A DNA stretch of 64,000 bases from Spirochaetia bacterium. Its GTDB lineage: Bacteria; Spirochaetota; Spirochaetia; CADAEX01. Position numbers and translations under genes: made by a program. The DNA lies in the NCBI GenBank assembly GCA_963668545.1, contig OY764868.1, forward strand, positions 848,550-912,549. Reading direction: 5' to 3'. A model generated the notes under the pieces. The model saw nothing but the letters and a program-made list of their open reading frames with translations, was not told where the DNA came from and made no database searches. Shown here one piece after another: positions 35,727 to 46,076 of the stretch. The stretch's first letter is position 1. Every line of letters begins with the position of its first letter.

Positions 35727-38528
35727 GTGTTTCTAAAAAGTATAGAGCTATTCGGGTTTAAATCATTTGCAGACAGAAGTAAAATCGAGTTTGTTGACGG
35801 AATAACTGCCCTTCTCGGACCAAACGGCTGCGGCAAGAGTAATGTTGTCGATGCGATAAAATGGGTGCTTGGTGAACAGTCAAGCAAGAGTCTCAGGGCT
35901 GAAAAAATGGAAGATGTTATCTTCAACGGAACAGAGGGGCGAAAAGCTCTTAATGTTGCTGAAGTAACACTGACCCTTTCAAACGATTCAGGAATGCTTA
36001 ACCTGGATGTTCCTGAAGTTTCCATCAAGAGAAGACTCTACCGTTCCGGCGACAGTGAATACTATGTAAACAATACTCCTGTCAAGCTCAAGGAGCTTAA
36101 AGAGCTTTTCTTTGATACAGGTGTTGGAAAGTCAGCCTATTCCATCATGGAGCAGGGAAGGATAGACCAGATCCTTTCAAACAAGCCGGAAGAAAGGCGT
36201 TTCATATTTGAGGAAGCAGCCGGAATAACAAAGTACAAAGTCAGAAGCGCTGAAGCTGAGAGAAAGCTTGATAAAACAGAAGAAAACATGAGACAGGTTG
36301 AAAGCATCCTCAGTGAGGTGAAAAAGTCTCATGATACTCTCAAGATACAGTCTGAAAAAACTGTAAAATACAGGGAACTCAAAGATGATATTTTCAAGGT
36401 GGAAATAGATATACAGCTTCTAAAGCTCAAGAATTTTCTGGAACTCAAGGACAGTGCGGAAAAGGAACTTGGAAAGCTGAATGGGAAAAAAACTGACCTT
36501 GACAGTGAAATAGAGACACTCAATGAATTTCTCGAGGAGAATGCAGGTCTTATAAGCTCAATGGAAAATGAGCAGATTGAAAAACAGAAGAAACTCTACG
36601 GACTTGATCTTGAAAAGGAAAACAAGAAAAACCAGATGAGAATGATTGAGGAACGGAAGAAGGAGATTGACCGGCAGATAGATTCATGCATTCTCAGGGA
36701 GAAGTCTCTCAACGATAAGATATCATCAGTCAGGGAGCAGATTAAGGACAAGGAAGAGCTCCTTTCAAGTATTGATGCAAGGCTTGAAGAGGTCGGAAGC
36801 AGTATCAAAACATTTGAAGAAAAGATAAAAAAAGCTGCAGAAGATATTAACGACAATGAAAATAAAATCCTGGAAAGCGAAGAGGAGATAAAAACCCTTG
36901 AGAAGAGACAGCATGATCTTCAAAAAGCCCTCCGTGATATAACAGAGGATATTGTTCAGCAGCTTGACCGGGACCTCAAGGAGACCGGTTACTCATATTC
37001 AGAAAGAAAGAAAGCAGAGGAATCTGTTATCAAGAGTTTTGAGGAACTTAAAATACTTCTTGAGGGCAGGCTTAATATTATAGAAGACAGCCTTGAACTT
37101 GATATTTCTGACCGGGAAGAGTATTTCAGGTTTGCTGATTCTGCAAAATCAGCCTTTACAGACAGTGTTGAAAAGCTCAGGTCAATCAGGGAGCATTTTG
37201 AAAAATACAGGAACAGTGTACCGGTTTTTATTGATGAATTTCTTGCCCCGGAAGGTATTATCACCCGGAAAAGGGAAATTGATTCGGAAATTGTCAGATC
37301 AATAGAAAAAACTGCTTCCCTGAGGGAAAGAATCAGGAAGCTTCAGGGAGAGAACAAGGCTCTGTCTCTTAAAATCGAGGATTACAGGTCAACTCTTGAA
37401 GAGCTCAAGGTCGAGCAGGTGAAGATGAAGACACAGCAGCAGGCCCTTAATGACTCTGTGAAGTCCCTTACGAGGAATATAGAAGACCTTGAAAAACAGC
37501 TTTCTGACAACAAAGAGGAAATTTCAAGCTGCAATCTGAGAAAGAAGGAAATAGATATAAAAATCGGAGAGCTTGAGAAAGAGGAGAAAGGGCTGTTTGA
37601 AGCTGAAAAACAGCTTAAAAACGAGCTTTCAAAGCTTGAATCCGGTATCAGTAAAAAGAACAGTGACCTTGTAAGCAAGCAGAAATCGCTGAAAAATAAA
37701 AAAGAGGATAATGATAAAGTCATTCTCAGGATAGAAAAATACCATCTTGAAACAGCTACTTATGAAACTGAAATAAGAAACATATATGATAATTTCAGGG
37801 ATAATTATTCAAGGGAACTCTCGGAATTTGAGGACAGAATATTTGAGATAACTGTACCGTTTAAAGACCTTAAAGAGGAATTGAGAAAGCTTAAGGAGGA
37901 TGTCCGTAATATAGGACAGATAAACCTTATGGCGCCCGAGGAGTATGCAGAGGTCAGGGAAAGATATGACTTTCTTACAAACCAGATGAATGACCTGACA
38001 ACTGCAAGGGAAGACCTTAAAAAAATCACAAAAGAGATAAAAACCGAATCAGAAGAACTTTTCCTGAGGACATTTGATCAGATAAAGAAAAATTTCTACC
38101 AGATATTCAGGAGAATGTTCGGCGGCGGAAGGGCTGAAATAAAGCTTTCGGAAACTGAAAATGTTCTTGCATCGGGAATTGATATTTATGTACAGCCTCC
38201 CGGGAAAAAGCTTGAGAATATAGCACTTCTTTCAGGCGGGGAAAGGGCGCTTACAGGTGTTGCTCTTCTCTTTTCCACTTTTATGGTAAGGCCGTCACCT
38301 TTCTGTCTTCTTGATGAGATTGATGCTGCACTTGATGAGAATAATGTCGGTAAATTCGTCAATCTGCTGATGGAGTTTGGTAATAACTCCCAGTTTATAG
38401 TGATTACCCATAACAAAAAAACAGTAACAGGTGCAAAAACATTCCTGGGTGTTACTATGGAAGAATCAGGTGTTTCCAGGGTGATTTCCTTCCGGGTAGA
38501 TAAAAACGGAGAAAAGGTTGAAGCATAA
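35727..38528 (+). CDS. smc: Chromosome segregation protein SMC (short spirochaete type)
   Basis: GFKSFA, Walker A GPNGCGKSN, FEEAAGI, LSGGERAL, LLDEIDAALD, VITH. Confidence 0.93.
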   Translation: MFLKSIELFGFKSFADRSKIEFVDGITALLGPNGCGKSNVVDAIKWVLGEQSSKSLRAEKMEDVIFNGTEGRKALNVAEVTLTLSNDSGMLNLDVPEVSIKRRLYRSGDSEYYVNNTPVKLKELKELFFDTGVGKSAYSIMEQGRIDQILSNKPEERRFIFEEAAGITKYKVRSAEAERKLDKTEENMRQVESILSEVKKSHDTLKIQSEKTVKYRELKDDIFKVEIDIQLLKLKNFLELKDSAEKELGKLNGKKTDLDSEIETLNEFLEENAGLISSMENEQIEKQKKLYGLDLEKENKKNQMRMIEERKKEIDRQIDSCILREKSLNDKISSVREQIKDKEELLSSIDARLEEVGSSIKTFEEKIKKAAEDINDNENKILESEEEIKTLEKRQHDLQKALRDITEDIVQQLDRDLKETGYSYSERKKAEESVIKSFEELKILLEGRLNIIEDSLELDISDREEYFRFADSAKSAFTDSVEKLRSIREHFEKYRNSVPVFIDEFLAPEGIITRKREIDSEIVRSIEKTASLRERIRKLQGENKALSLKIEDYRSTLEELKVEQVKMKTQQQALNDSVKSLTRNIEDLEKQLSDNKEEISSCNLRKKEIDIKIGELEKEEKGLFEAEKQLKNELSKLESGISKKNSDLVSKQKSLKNKKEDNDKVILRIEKYHLETATYETEIRNIYDNFRDNYSRELSEFEDRIFEITVPFKDLKEELRKLKEDVRNIGQINLMAPEEYAEVRERYDFLTNQMNDLTTAREDLKKITKEIKTESEELFLRTFDQIKKNFYQIFRRMFGGGRAEIKLSETENVLASGIDIYVQPPGKKLENIALLSGGERALTGVALLFSTFMVRPSPFCLLDEIDAALDENNVGKFVNLLMEFGNNSQFIVITHNKKTVTGAKTFLGVTMEESGVSRVISFRVDKNGEKVEA

Positions 38529-38533
38529 GGCTG

Positions 38534-38956
38534 ATGTTTGATTTCAGGGAGATTACGGAAAAGTATATCAGGCCTCTGTATGGAAAACTTTCTTTTCTGA
38601 AACACTATATTTCCGGCAGGACAGCTTTGATTGCCCTGGCTGCAGTGATTGGAGTTTCGGCATTAGTAGCAGGAATAAGAATTATTCCTCCGCTTTTTTC
38701 AGGCAGCGGAAAAACAGAAAAGGCAATGCCCCCTGATGATCTTGTTGAAATTGAGATTGATATTTCCGATTTCCTGATACCGGAAGATATAAAGTCGATT
38801 GAAGAATTCCGCTGGGTTCCTTACAGGGGCATGAAGAAGAAATGGAGCAGGGAGGATGCAGAGGAATTCTGGATCAATCCTGAAGAAACTGTAAGAAAGG
38901 CAGCTGGGGAAAGAAACAGAAAGCATATGGAAGAACTTTTTGAGAGTATTCCGTGA
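38534..38956 (+). CDS. Hypothetical single-pass membrane protein
   Basis: One hydrophobic helix; R..KKKWS.ED.EEFW motif; tightly coupled to smc and the next ORF. Confidence 0.7.
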   Translation: MFDFREITEKYIRPLYGKLSFLKHYISGRTALIALAAVIGVSALVAGIRIIPPLFSGSGKTEKAMPPDDLVEIEIDISDFLIPEDIKSIEEFRWVPYRGMKKKWSREDAEEFWINPEETVRKAAGERNRKHMEELFESIP

Positions 38957-40464
38957 AAGAATTGAAAATAATTTTACTATTAATAATTACCGCTTTGATT
39001 AGTTCCTGTTCAACAGGAAACAAGTCTCTTCCTGATAATAATACTGATAGGGAAATCACTGTACAGGAAGCTGCTGTCCCTGAAAACAGAATTGAAGATA
39101 GCAGCAGCATAACTGCTGAAGAACCTGATACAGCATCTCCTGTTTCTCCTGAAAATCCTTCTGCTTCCACTTCAGCAGCTGAACAGCCGGCTGTAGCTGA
39201 CGAAGCAATAACTGATGGTAATATTTCTGAAACGGGAAGCCTTCCCCTTAAAGAGGGAACAGGAAGGTCATCAGGGACAGGATGGGCCAGGAAGATAAGC
39301 GGAGAGGGTAACTCTGATCCGGGAGAATCTGATGGAGAAAACAGCCCCGAATCTCCCGGAACAGCAGAAGATACTGATGATTCTTTAATGAAGTCTTCTG
39401 ACGGGGAACAAATATCCGGAATTGAAAAACCTGATGCTGAAATTTCTGATAATGAAAAGGCCGAATCTGTTGATGACAATCATGCAGAATCATCAGGAGA
39501 TCTGTCCCGGAACGGGAAAAAAGAAAATCCAGATCCCGCTTCAGAAGAAGCACCTGCTGAAATATCTCCTGATGCTGCAAATGAAAAAACAGCTTCTGTT
39601 TACGAAGAAAAGGCGGATAAATACCTTGCTGTTCTTGATAGTGAATATAGTGATGATTCTTCCGGCAATGCTGATCAGGACGGGTCAGGAGAGCAGGCAG
39701 ATAATAAAGCCGAAGTATCAGGCCGGGAACTTATTGCTGATAAAACAGCTCCTGTTATTAATGATCCTGTAAAAAGGGAAACAGAGGCTGATAAAATCAG
39801 ACTTGAGCCTGTTTATTTTGATGATCCTTCCAATATAGTGATAGTGCTGGACGGCTACGGATGGATTTTCCTCCGTCAGCTTGAACCTGATAGCCGGATT
39901 GAGCTTCTTTCAAAAACTGTGGATAACGGGAAAACTGTTTTCAGTTTCAGAACAGAGGCAGGCAGCAGCCTGGTACTTGAGTTCCAGCTTCAGAATACAG
40001 ACGGAAGCAGTAGAAGGGCGGAAATAGAGCTGAAAGAGAAAAAGCCCGCCGCTTCTGCAGGTTCTTCAGAAGCGGAACCTTCACAAGACCCGGAACGTGA
40101 TGCAGATGAAGCTGAAATATCAGTAAAAACTGCTCCTCTTCAGGAAGGACAGGCTATTAATGCTGAAGAGGAAGATGAAGCTGATTACGGAAAGCTGTTT
40201 GAAGAGGCTGTTGAATATATGGATAAAGGGGAATACAGCAGGGCTGCAGTGAACCTCGAAAAAATAAGAAAACATCCTGAACAGTTTTCCGAACCTGACA
40301 GGCTCTATTATCTTCTGGGGCAGTGTTATGAAAAAAACAGAGACCCGGTTGCTGCTGAAAAATATTACAGCATGGTCATAGATCAGTTTCCGTTCAGCCT
40401 GTATTATGACAGGTCTGAAAAACGCAGGCGTTATCTTCAGAAATATTTTATAAATATTCAGTAG
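38953..40464 (+). CDS. Lipoprotein with long acidic low-complexity region and C-terminal TPR
   Basis: Lipobox LISSC; S/E/D/P/A-rich middle; YYLLGQCYE...A..YY..V...FP. Confidence 0.8.
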   Translation: MKELKIILLLIITALISSCSTGNKSLPDNNTDREITVQEAAVPENRIEDSSSITAEEPDTASPVSPENPSASTSAAEQPAVADEAITDGNISETGSLPLKEGTGRSSGTGWARKISGEGNSDPGESDGENSPESPGTAEDTDDSLMKSSDGEQISGIEKPDAEISDNEKAESVDDNHAESSGDLSRNGKKENPDPASEEAPAEISPDAANEKTASVYEEKADKYLAVLDSEYSDDSSGNADQDGSGEQADNKAEVSGRELIADKTAPVINDPVKRETEADKIRLEPVYFDDPSNIVIVLDGYGWIFLRQLEPDSRIELLSKTVDNGKTVFSFRTEAGSSLVLEFQLQNTDGSSRRAEIELKEKKPAASAGSSEAEPSQDPERDADEAEISVKTAPLQEGQAINAEEEDEADYGKLFEEAVEYMDKGEYSRAAVNLEKIRKHPEQFSEPDRLYYLLGQCYEKNRDPVAAEKYYSMVIDQFPFSLYYDRSEKRRRYLQKYFINIQ

Positions 40465-40510
40465 ATTGAGTGTGTAACTTTGATAAATACATCTTCCGTG
40501 TTGTGATTGA

Positions 40511-41380
40511 ATGATGGAAAATAACTCAAAACTGCTGCCTTCAGTAATGCTCCTGACAGGAGCCATGATCGGGGCCTTAAGCGGGCTCTTTATTAAACTG
40601 CTACCCTTTTCAACCGGGGCCCTTCTGGGTTTCCGTTTCGGCATCCCATTTCTGCTGATGCTTCCCTATATAACCAGAAGAAAAAACTTCCTGGGAAGGA
40701 GAAAGGACAGAACCCTTCTATGGAGCAGTTCATTTCTTAATCTTCTGAGAATGGTATTCTATGTAACAGCATTCAGGCTTACTGCTATAGGGAATGCTGT
40801 TGTCGTGCTTTATCTGTGGCCGGTATTCTCTCTTGCTGTTGAAGCTGCCGTGGGGAAAAAGATCCCCGGAATAAAAAAAATCCTGATAATCTGTGCGGCA
40901 TTTTCAGGTGTGGTTATAATGAACAGCCACAGGGAATTCTCGCTTGATAATAATGATCTTTATGGAAGCATTTCCATGATACTCTCTGCATTTATTTTCT
41001 CTCTTGCAGTACTCCTGAACAAGAAAGCCCTTTCCGGTTATTCTGAAGGGGAGGTTGTTTACTTCCAGAGCAGTCTTGGAGCACTTGTTTTTATTCCCAT
41101 TCTGATAAGGGAAATTTCCATGTATAAGGGACAGGATATGATTTCAGGTTCAGTATATGGATTTCTTGTAGGGATTGTTGCTTTCATGCTTTTTTTCTAT
41201 GCACTGAAAAGGGTTTCTGTTTTCCATTACAGCATTATGACATATTCAGAGATTGTTTTTGCAGTATTGTTCGGTATTGTTTTTCTGGATGAAACTCTTG
41301 CTGTCAACCAGGTGGCAGGTATGATAATTGTTGTTGTTTCCAGTTTTGCGGCACACAGGGTTAAGGATGATAACAGTTGA
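40511..41380 (+). CDS. DMT/EamA-family transporter
   Basis: About 10 TM helices in two repeats; FRF, YLWPVF, SEIVFAVLFG..FL.E. Confidence 0.85.
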   Translation: MMENNSKLLPSVMLLTGAMIGALSGLFIKLLPFSTGALLGFRFGIPFLLMLPYITRRKNFLGRRKDRTLLWSSSFLNLLRMVFYVTAFRLTAIGNAVVVLYLWPVFSLAVEAAVGKKIPGIKKILIICAAFSGVVIMNSHREFSLDNNDLYGSISMILSAFIFSLAVLLNKKALSGYSEGEVVYFQSSLGALVFIPILIREISMYKGQDMISGSVYGFLVGIVAFMLFFYALKRVSVFHYSIMTYSEIVFAVLFGIVFLDETLAVNQVAGMIIVVVSSFAAHRVKDDNS

Positions 41381-41405
41381 CATTCCTTCTATTAAAAGGT
41401 ATAAA
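41377..41405 (+). promoter_or_regulatory. Sigma70 promoter of the ffh operon
   Basis: TTGACA-17 nt-TATAAA. Confidence 0.7.
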
Positions 41406-41439
41406 ATCTATAAAATTTAAAGGTGCGTGATAATACAGT

Positions 41440-42768
41440 ATGCTGGACGGAATATCGGATAAATTTTCAGATATAGTTAAAAGAATCTCAGGCAAAGGCC
41501 ATATAACAGAAAAAAATGTACAGGACGCAATTGAGGAGATCAAGGTTGCACTTCTTGATGCTGATGTCAACCTGAGGGTTGTAAGGCGTTTTATCAATTC
41601 AACACTTGAAGAGGCTGTAGGCGACAAGGTTCTTAAATCGGTTGATCCCGGACAGCAGTTTGTTAAGACTGTTTATGATAAAATGGTCAAATTTCTCGGT
41701 GACGAGAAGCAGGACCTTAACCTTAAAGGGCCGGATACTGTATCTGTTATCCTGATGCTTGGTCTTCAGGGATCAGGTAAGACAACAACAAGTGCAAAGC
41801 TGGCAAGCAGGCTTAAAAAAGAGGGGAAGCGTGTTCTCCTTGTTGCAGCAGACCTTGTAAGACCTGCCGCTGTTGAGCAGCTTACAGTGCTGGGGGCGCA
41901 GATAGGTGTTGAAGTCTACAGGGAAGATACGAATAAGCCTGTCAAGGTTGTTAAAAACGCCCTTTCATATGCAAAAAAGAACCAGATAAATACAGTAATT
42001 GTTGATACATCAGGACGTCTTCATATTGATGGGGCTATGATGGCAGAGCTTGCTGAAATCAAAAAGGTTTCAGCTCCTGAAGAATCTCTGCTTGTTGCTG
42101 ATTCAATGACAGGTCAGCATGCTGTTGAGATCGCCGGGGAATTCAATGAAAAAATAGGTGTTACCGGTGTAATCCTGAGCAAGTTTGACTCGGATACAAG
42201 AGGCGGTGCTGCCCTTTCCCTTAAAACAGTAACAGGACAGCCTGTCAAGTTCATAGGTACAGGTGAAAAGATTGAAGACCTTGATATTTTCTATCCTGAC
42301 AGGATCGCTTCCCGTATCCTGGGAATGGGTGATATTGTATCCCTAGTTGAAAAGGCTCAGGCTACAATTGAGGCTGATGAGGCTGAAAAACTTCAGGAGA
42401 AGATTACAAAAGCGACATTCACTCTTGAGGATTATCTTGATCAGTTTTCAAGAATCAGGAAAATGGGATCACTCCAGTCTGTCATTGACATGATTCCGGG
42501 TTTAAAGGGAAATGTTAATGAGGAAGATCTTGATGAAAAAGAGATGCGGAGGGAAGAGGCTATTATTCTTTCCATGACTGTTATGGAGAGGAGAAACCAC
42601 CGTATACTGGGTCCTTCAAGAAGAAAGAGAATTGCCAGGGGTAGCGGTACCTCTGTTGCAGATATAAACAGATTTATAAAGAAATTTGAAAAAACACGGC
42701 TGATGATGAAAAAAGTAGCAAAAAATAAAAAATATCAGGCTAATTTGTTGTCTCAGTTCGGTAATTAG
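41440..42768 (+). CDS. ffh: Signal recognition particle protein
   Basis: ALLDADV, GLQGSGKTT, DTSGR, SKFDSDTRGG, RILGMGD, M domain. Confidence 0.98.
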   Translation: MLDGISDKFSDIVKRISGKGHITEKNVQDAIEEIKVALLDADVNLRVVRRFINSTLEEAVGDKVLKSVDPGQQFVKTVYDKMVKFLGDEKQDLNLKGPDTVSVILMLGLQGSGKTTTSAKLASRLKKEGKRVLLVAADLVRPAAVEQLTVLGAQIGVEVYREDTNKPVKVVKNALSYAKKNQINTVIVDTSGRLHIDGAMMAELAEIKKVSAPEESLLVADSMTGQHAVEIAGEFNEKIGVTGVILSKFDSDTRGGAALSLKTVTGQPVKFIGTGEKIEDLDIFYPDRIASRILGMGDIVSLVEKAQATIEADEAEKLQEKITKATFTLEDYLDQFSRIRKMGSLQSVIDMIPGLKGNVNEEDLDEKEMRREEAIILSMTVMERRNHRILGPSRRKRIARGSGTSVADINRFIKKFEKTRLMMKKVAKNKKYQANLLSQFGN

Positions 42769-42805
42769 TGTATTACTATAGAATCACCATAAGGAGGAAG
42801 TTCGA

Positions 42806-43057
42806 GTGAGTGTGAAAATCAGACTGAAACGGTTGGGAACCAAAAAAAGACCGTATTACAGAGTTGTTGTAATGGATTCACGTTCTCCCAGAGACGGAAG
42901 AACAATTGACGAGGTAGGAATCTACCATCCAATCGAAGCAGAGGAAGTACAGGTAAGACTTAAAGAAGATAAAATTAAGGAATGGCTTTCAAAAGGTGCT
43001 CAGCCTACAGATACTGTAAAAAAACTCTTAAACAAGAACAATATTTTTGTTAAGTAA
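42806..43057 (+). CDS. rpsP: 30S ribosomal protein S16
   Basis: [35 protein letters not shown]. Confidence 0.98.
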   Translation: MSVKIRLKRLGTKKRPYYRVVVMDSRSPRDGRTIDEVGIYHPIEAEEVQVRLKEDKIKEWLSKGAQPTDTVKKLLNKNNIFVK

Positions 43058-43072
43058 GTCCGGAGAAAAGCT

Positions 43073-43312
43073 ATGACATTGGAAAAAGATCTTGTTGAAT
43101 ATATTGCCAGATCTCTTGTTGATGAACCTCAGGATGTAAATGTGAACCTGATAGAAGGGGAAAAATCAACTATACTTGAATTAAAAGTTGCAGCTGATGA
43201 TATCGGTAAGGTTATCGGTAAACACGGAAGAATTGCAAAAGCTATCAGAACTGTTTTAAGTGCAGCAGCTACAAAAAGCGGCAAAAGGGTTGTTCTGGAA
43301 ATTCTTGATTAA
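43073..43312 (+). CDS. khpA: KH-domain RNA-binding protein
   Basis: DIGKVIGKHGRIAKAIRT; located between rpsP and rimM. Confidence 0.93.
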   Translation: MTLEKDLVEYIARSLVDEPQDVNVNLIEGEKSTILELKVAADDIGKVIGKHGRIAKAIRTVLSAAATKSGKRVVLEILD

Positions 43313-43845
43313 TGGGTACTGCTGATAATAATTTTCTCGTAACAGGGAAAATCAGGACTTCATACGGCGTTAAAGGCTATATGAAGATTATAAGTTATTC
43401 AGGAGAAAAAGATCAGTTTTCCGAACTTAAGAATATAACTCTCAGATGCGGAGAAAGGGAGTTTGGAAAAAAGATTGAGGATGTCCGTGTGGCAAATAAG
43501 GACATTCTTATTAAACTTGAGGGAATAGATACGCCTGAAGAGGCTCAGAAATACAGAAGCTGTGAAATCCTTATTCCCAGGGAAAGTGCTTCGAAATGCA
43601 GAGAAGGGGAATTCTACATTGCTGATCTTAACGGATGCAGTGTTGTAAAGGATGGGAAAAACTTCGGAGAAGTAATTTCAGTTATAACCAACAGTTCTTC
43701 CGATCTGCTTGAAGTTGAATCTTCTGAACTTACCGGAAAAGGGAGAAAAAAGATATTCCTGATTCCTTTCAGGAAGGAATTTATCGGGGAAGTTGATATC
43801 GACAGAAAAGAGATACAGCTTCTTGAGGAATGGATTGCAGAGTGA
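43312..43845 (+). CDS. rimM: 16S rRNA processing protein
   Basis: GKI...YGVKG, EFYIADL.G, LIPF; operon position. Confidence 0.93.
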   Translation: MGTADNNFLVTGKIRTSYGVKGYMKIISYSGEKDQFSELKNITLRCGEREFGKKIEDVRVANKDILIKLEGIDTPEEAQKYRSCEILIPRESASKCREGEFYIADLNGCSVVKDGKNFGEVISVITNSSSDLLEVESSELTGKGRKKIFLIPFRKEFIGEVDIDRKEIQLLEEWIAE

Positions 43846-44510
43846 AATTTACGATCCTGACCCTTTTTCCTGAAATACCGGAAAGCTATTTTAAGAACTC
43901 AATAATGGCCAAAGCTATTGAAAAAGGCCTTGTTGAATATGAAATTATAAATATCAGGGACTTTGCCCCTGATAAGCATAAAAACTGTGATGATTATCCG
44001 TACGGGGGCGGTGCGGGAATGGTTTTGAAACCGGAACCGCTGGCATTGGCCCTTGACAGTGCAGGGGCTTCAGGGAAAAGGACAGTATATCCTTCTCCGT
44101 CCGGAAAACTGCTGAAACAGGAATATGCATCAGATCTCTCTAATGAGAAAGAGCTTGTTTTTATCTGCGGAAGGTACGAAGGTGTTGACCAGAGGATAAT
44201 TGACAGCTATGTGGATGATGAGATATGTATTGGGGATTATATCCTCTCTTCCGGCGAAATAGCAGCTTTGACTGTTATTGATTGTGTTTACAGACTGCTG
44301 GATGGAGTGATCAGCAGCGATTCTCTGGAAGAGGAGAGCTTTGCAAACGGACTTCTGGAATACCCCCAGTATACAAGACCTGTGGATTTCAGGGGCATGA
44401 AAGTACCTGAAGTCCTTCTTTCAGGACACCATGAAAATATAAGAAAATGGCGCCATGAAAAAAGTCTTGAGAAAACTGAAAATTACAGGCCTGATCTTTT
44501 AAACAGATAG
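43842..44510 (+). CDS. trmD: tRNA (guanine-N1)-methyltransferase
   Basis: LTLFPE, DDYPYGGGAGMV, CGRYEGVDQR, IGDYILSSGE, LEYPQYTRP; GTG overlaps the rimM stop. Confidence 0.97.
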   Translation: MKFTILTLFPEIPESYFKNSIMAKAIEKGLVEYEIINIRDFAPDKHKNCDDYPYGGGAGMVLKPEPLALALDSAGASGKRTVYPSPSGKLLKQEYASDLSNEKELVFICGRYEGVDQRIIDSYVDDEICIGDYILSSGEIAALTVIDCVYRLLDGVISSDSLEEESFANGLLEYPQYTRPVDFRGMKVPEVLLSGHHENIRKWRHEKSLEKTENYRPDLLNR

Positions 44511-44546
44511 TGATGGTAGTGAAAAATGTAAAGGAGGAAAGGATAG

Positions 44547-44900
44547 ATGGATTTGATTAAAGCAATTGAAGCTGAGCAGATGAAAGAAAATGTTGAAACA
44601 TTTGCAATCGGAGATACTGTTAAAGTACATTTTGAAATTATTGAGGGAACTACAAAACGAGTTCAGATCTTTGAAGGGCTCTGTATTGCAAAAAACAACA
44701 CAGGCGTAAGTAAAACCTTTACAATCAGAAAGCTTTCTTACGGTGTAGGTGTTGAAAGGGTTTTCCCTTTCCATTCACCGAGAATACAGAAAGTGGAGCT
44801 TGTTAGACGAGGTAAGATTCGAAGAGCAAAACTTTACTATATCAGAGACAGAGTAGGAAAAGCTGCCAAGGTTAAAGAGCTTATTAAAAAGAAAAATTAA
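44547..44900 (+). CDS. rplS: 50S ribosomal protein L19
   Basis: [33 protein letters not shown]. Confidence 0.98.
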   Translation: MDLIKAIEAEQMKENVETFAIGDTVKVHFEIIEGTTKRVQIFEGLCIAKNNTGVSKTFTIRKLSYGVGVERVFPFHSPRIQKVELVRRGKIRRAKLYYIRDRVGKAAKVKELIKKKN

Positions 44901-44906
44901 GATAAA

Positions 44907-45818
44907 ATGCTTGAAGTTAACCTTTCTTCATTCTTCGGAAGCAGCGGAAAAGGTTTATTCAAGTCTGTAAAGATTCTTGAAAATCTTGAAAACGGTTTCT
45001 GGAAAGTAAGCACAAGTTCGGGTATTATCAAAGTTTTTTCTGAAGAAAAACTTATACCCGGAAAAACTGTAAGTGCTTTTATTCGACAGGAAGGAAATCT
45101 TATCAAACTGGAAACATTGAATCAGGAGAAAACAGCATTTTCTCCTGATTTTTTTTATCCCCATGCATTAATCCAGACAGATTATATAATGAAAACGGCA
45201 TCCAGGCTGAATATAAGGTTATCAGACAGTGATGTATATCTGCTCAAAAAATATCTGAAGAAAAAACGAAACCTGAAATTCATGGTCCCGTTTCTGATTG
45301 ATGCATTTGATAAAGGTTTCAGGTCGGAAATACAGCTTGGAGAACTCTGCGGCAGTTTTGATGGCAGGCGTGAAAAAAACAACAGCAGGGGAAAGATGAA
45401 GGAATATCTGAAAAAACAGGTTTCAGAAGCGGAAAACAGCCGATCAGCATTATTTCTTTACAACCATCTTAAAACCGGAAAAGACCACTGGGTGGTGGTC
45501 CCCTATAATATTGCGGGAAAAGAAAATATTGAAGGGGCTGTAAGGCTGAGGATCTCTGGGGGGGGGATAAAAAATATTATTGTAAATGCTGTAAAAGGTG
45601 AATCAGATGAATGGGGATTTTTTATTACTGCAGAAAACAAAAGTTATAATATGAGAATATACTGCAGTGAACCTGAAAAAATCAAAGAATCCGAATCTTT
45701 TGGTGAATTTCGAAAAAAACTTCAAAACCTGCGGGTTAAAATTGACGATAATGTTAAGGATATTGCTTATTTCAGCGGTTTTGGCGAGGAAAACACTGAT
45801 CTGGATATCTCTGTATGA
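44907..45818 (+). CDS. Hypothetical protein, possibly FliK-C/YlqG-like
   Basis: Directly precedes the FlhB-C homolog; ends in DLDISV, as FliK C-termini often do; weak evidence. Confidence 0.5.
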   Translation: MLEVNLSSFFGSSGKGLFKSVKILENLENGFWKVSTSSGIIKVFSEEKLIPGKTVSAFIRQEGNLIKLETLNQEKTAFSPDFFYPHALIQTDYIMKTASRLNIRLSDSDVYLLKKYLKKKRNLKFMVPFLIDAFDKGFRSEIQLGELCGSFDGRREKNNSRGKMKEYLKKQVSEAENSRSALFLYNHLKTGKDHWVVVPYNIAGKENIEGAVRLRISGGGIKNIIVNAVKGESDEWGFFITAENKSYNMRIYCSEPEKIKESESFGEFRKKLQNLRVKIDDNVKDIAYFSGFGEENTDLDISV

Positions 45819-46060
45819 AAAAGAGAAAAAAAGCTGTAGCATTGAGCTATAAGAAGGAATATCCTGCACCTGTGGTAATTGCCAAAGGGGAAGGATTGTT
45901 TGCTGACAGGATACTGGAAGTTGCTGAAAAGGAAGGAATAACTGTCTGCAGTGACACCAGTCTTGCCGAGGTTCTTTTTTCTGCTGATCTTTACAGTTTC
46001 ATCCCTGAAGAGCAGTATGAAATAGTAGCAGAAATATTAAGTTTTATAGTTAAAATATAG
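45815..46060 (+). CDS. Stand-alone FlhB C-terminal domain protein (FlhX/YlqH; EscU/YscU/HrcU family)
   Basis: KAVALSY...AP.VIAKGEG..A.RI..VA...IPEE.YE.VAEIL. Confidence 0.9.
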   Translation: MKKRKKAVALSYKKEYPAPVVIAKGEGLFADRILEVAEKEGITVCSDTSLAEVLFSADLYSFIPEEQYEIVAEILSFIVKI

Positions 46061-46076
46061 GTATGCTGAGAAGAAT

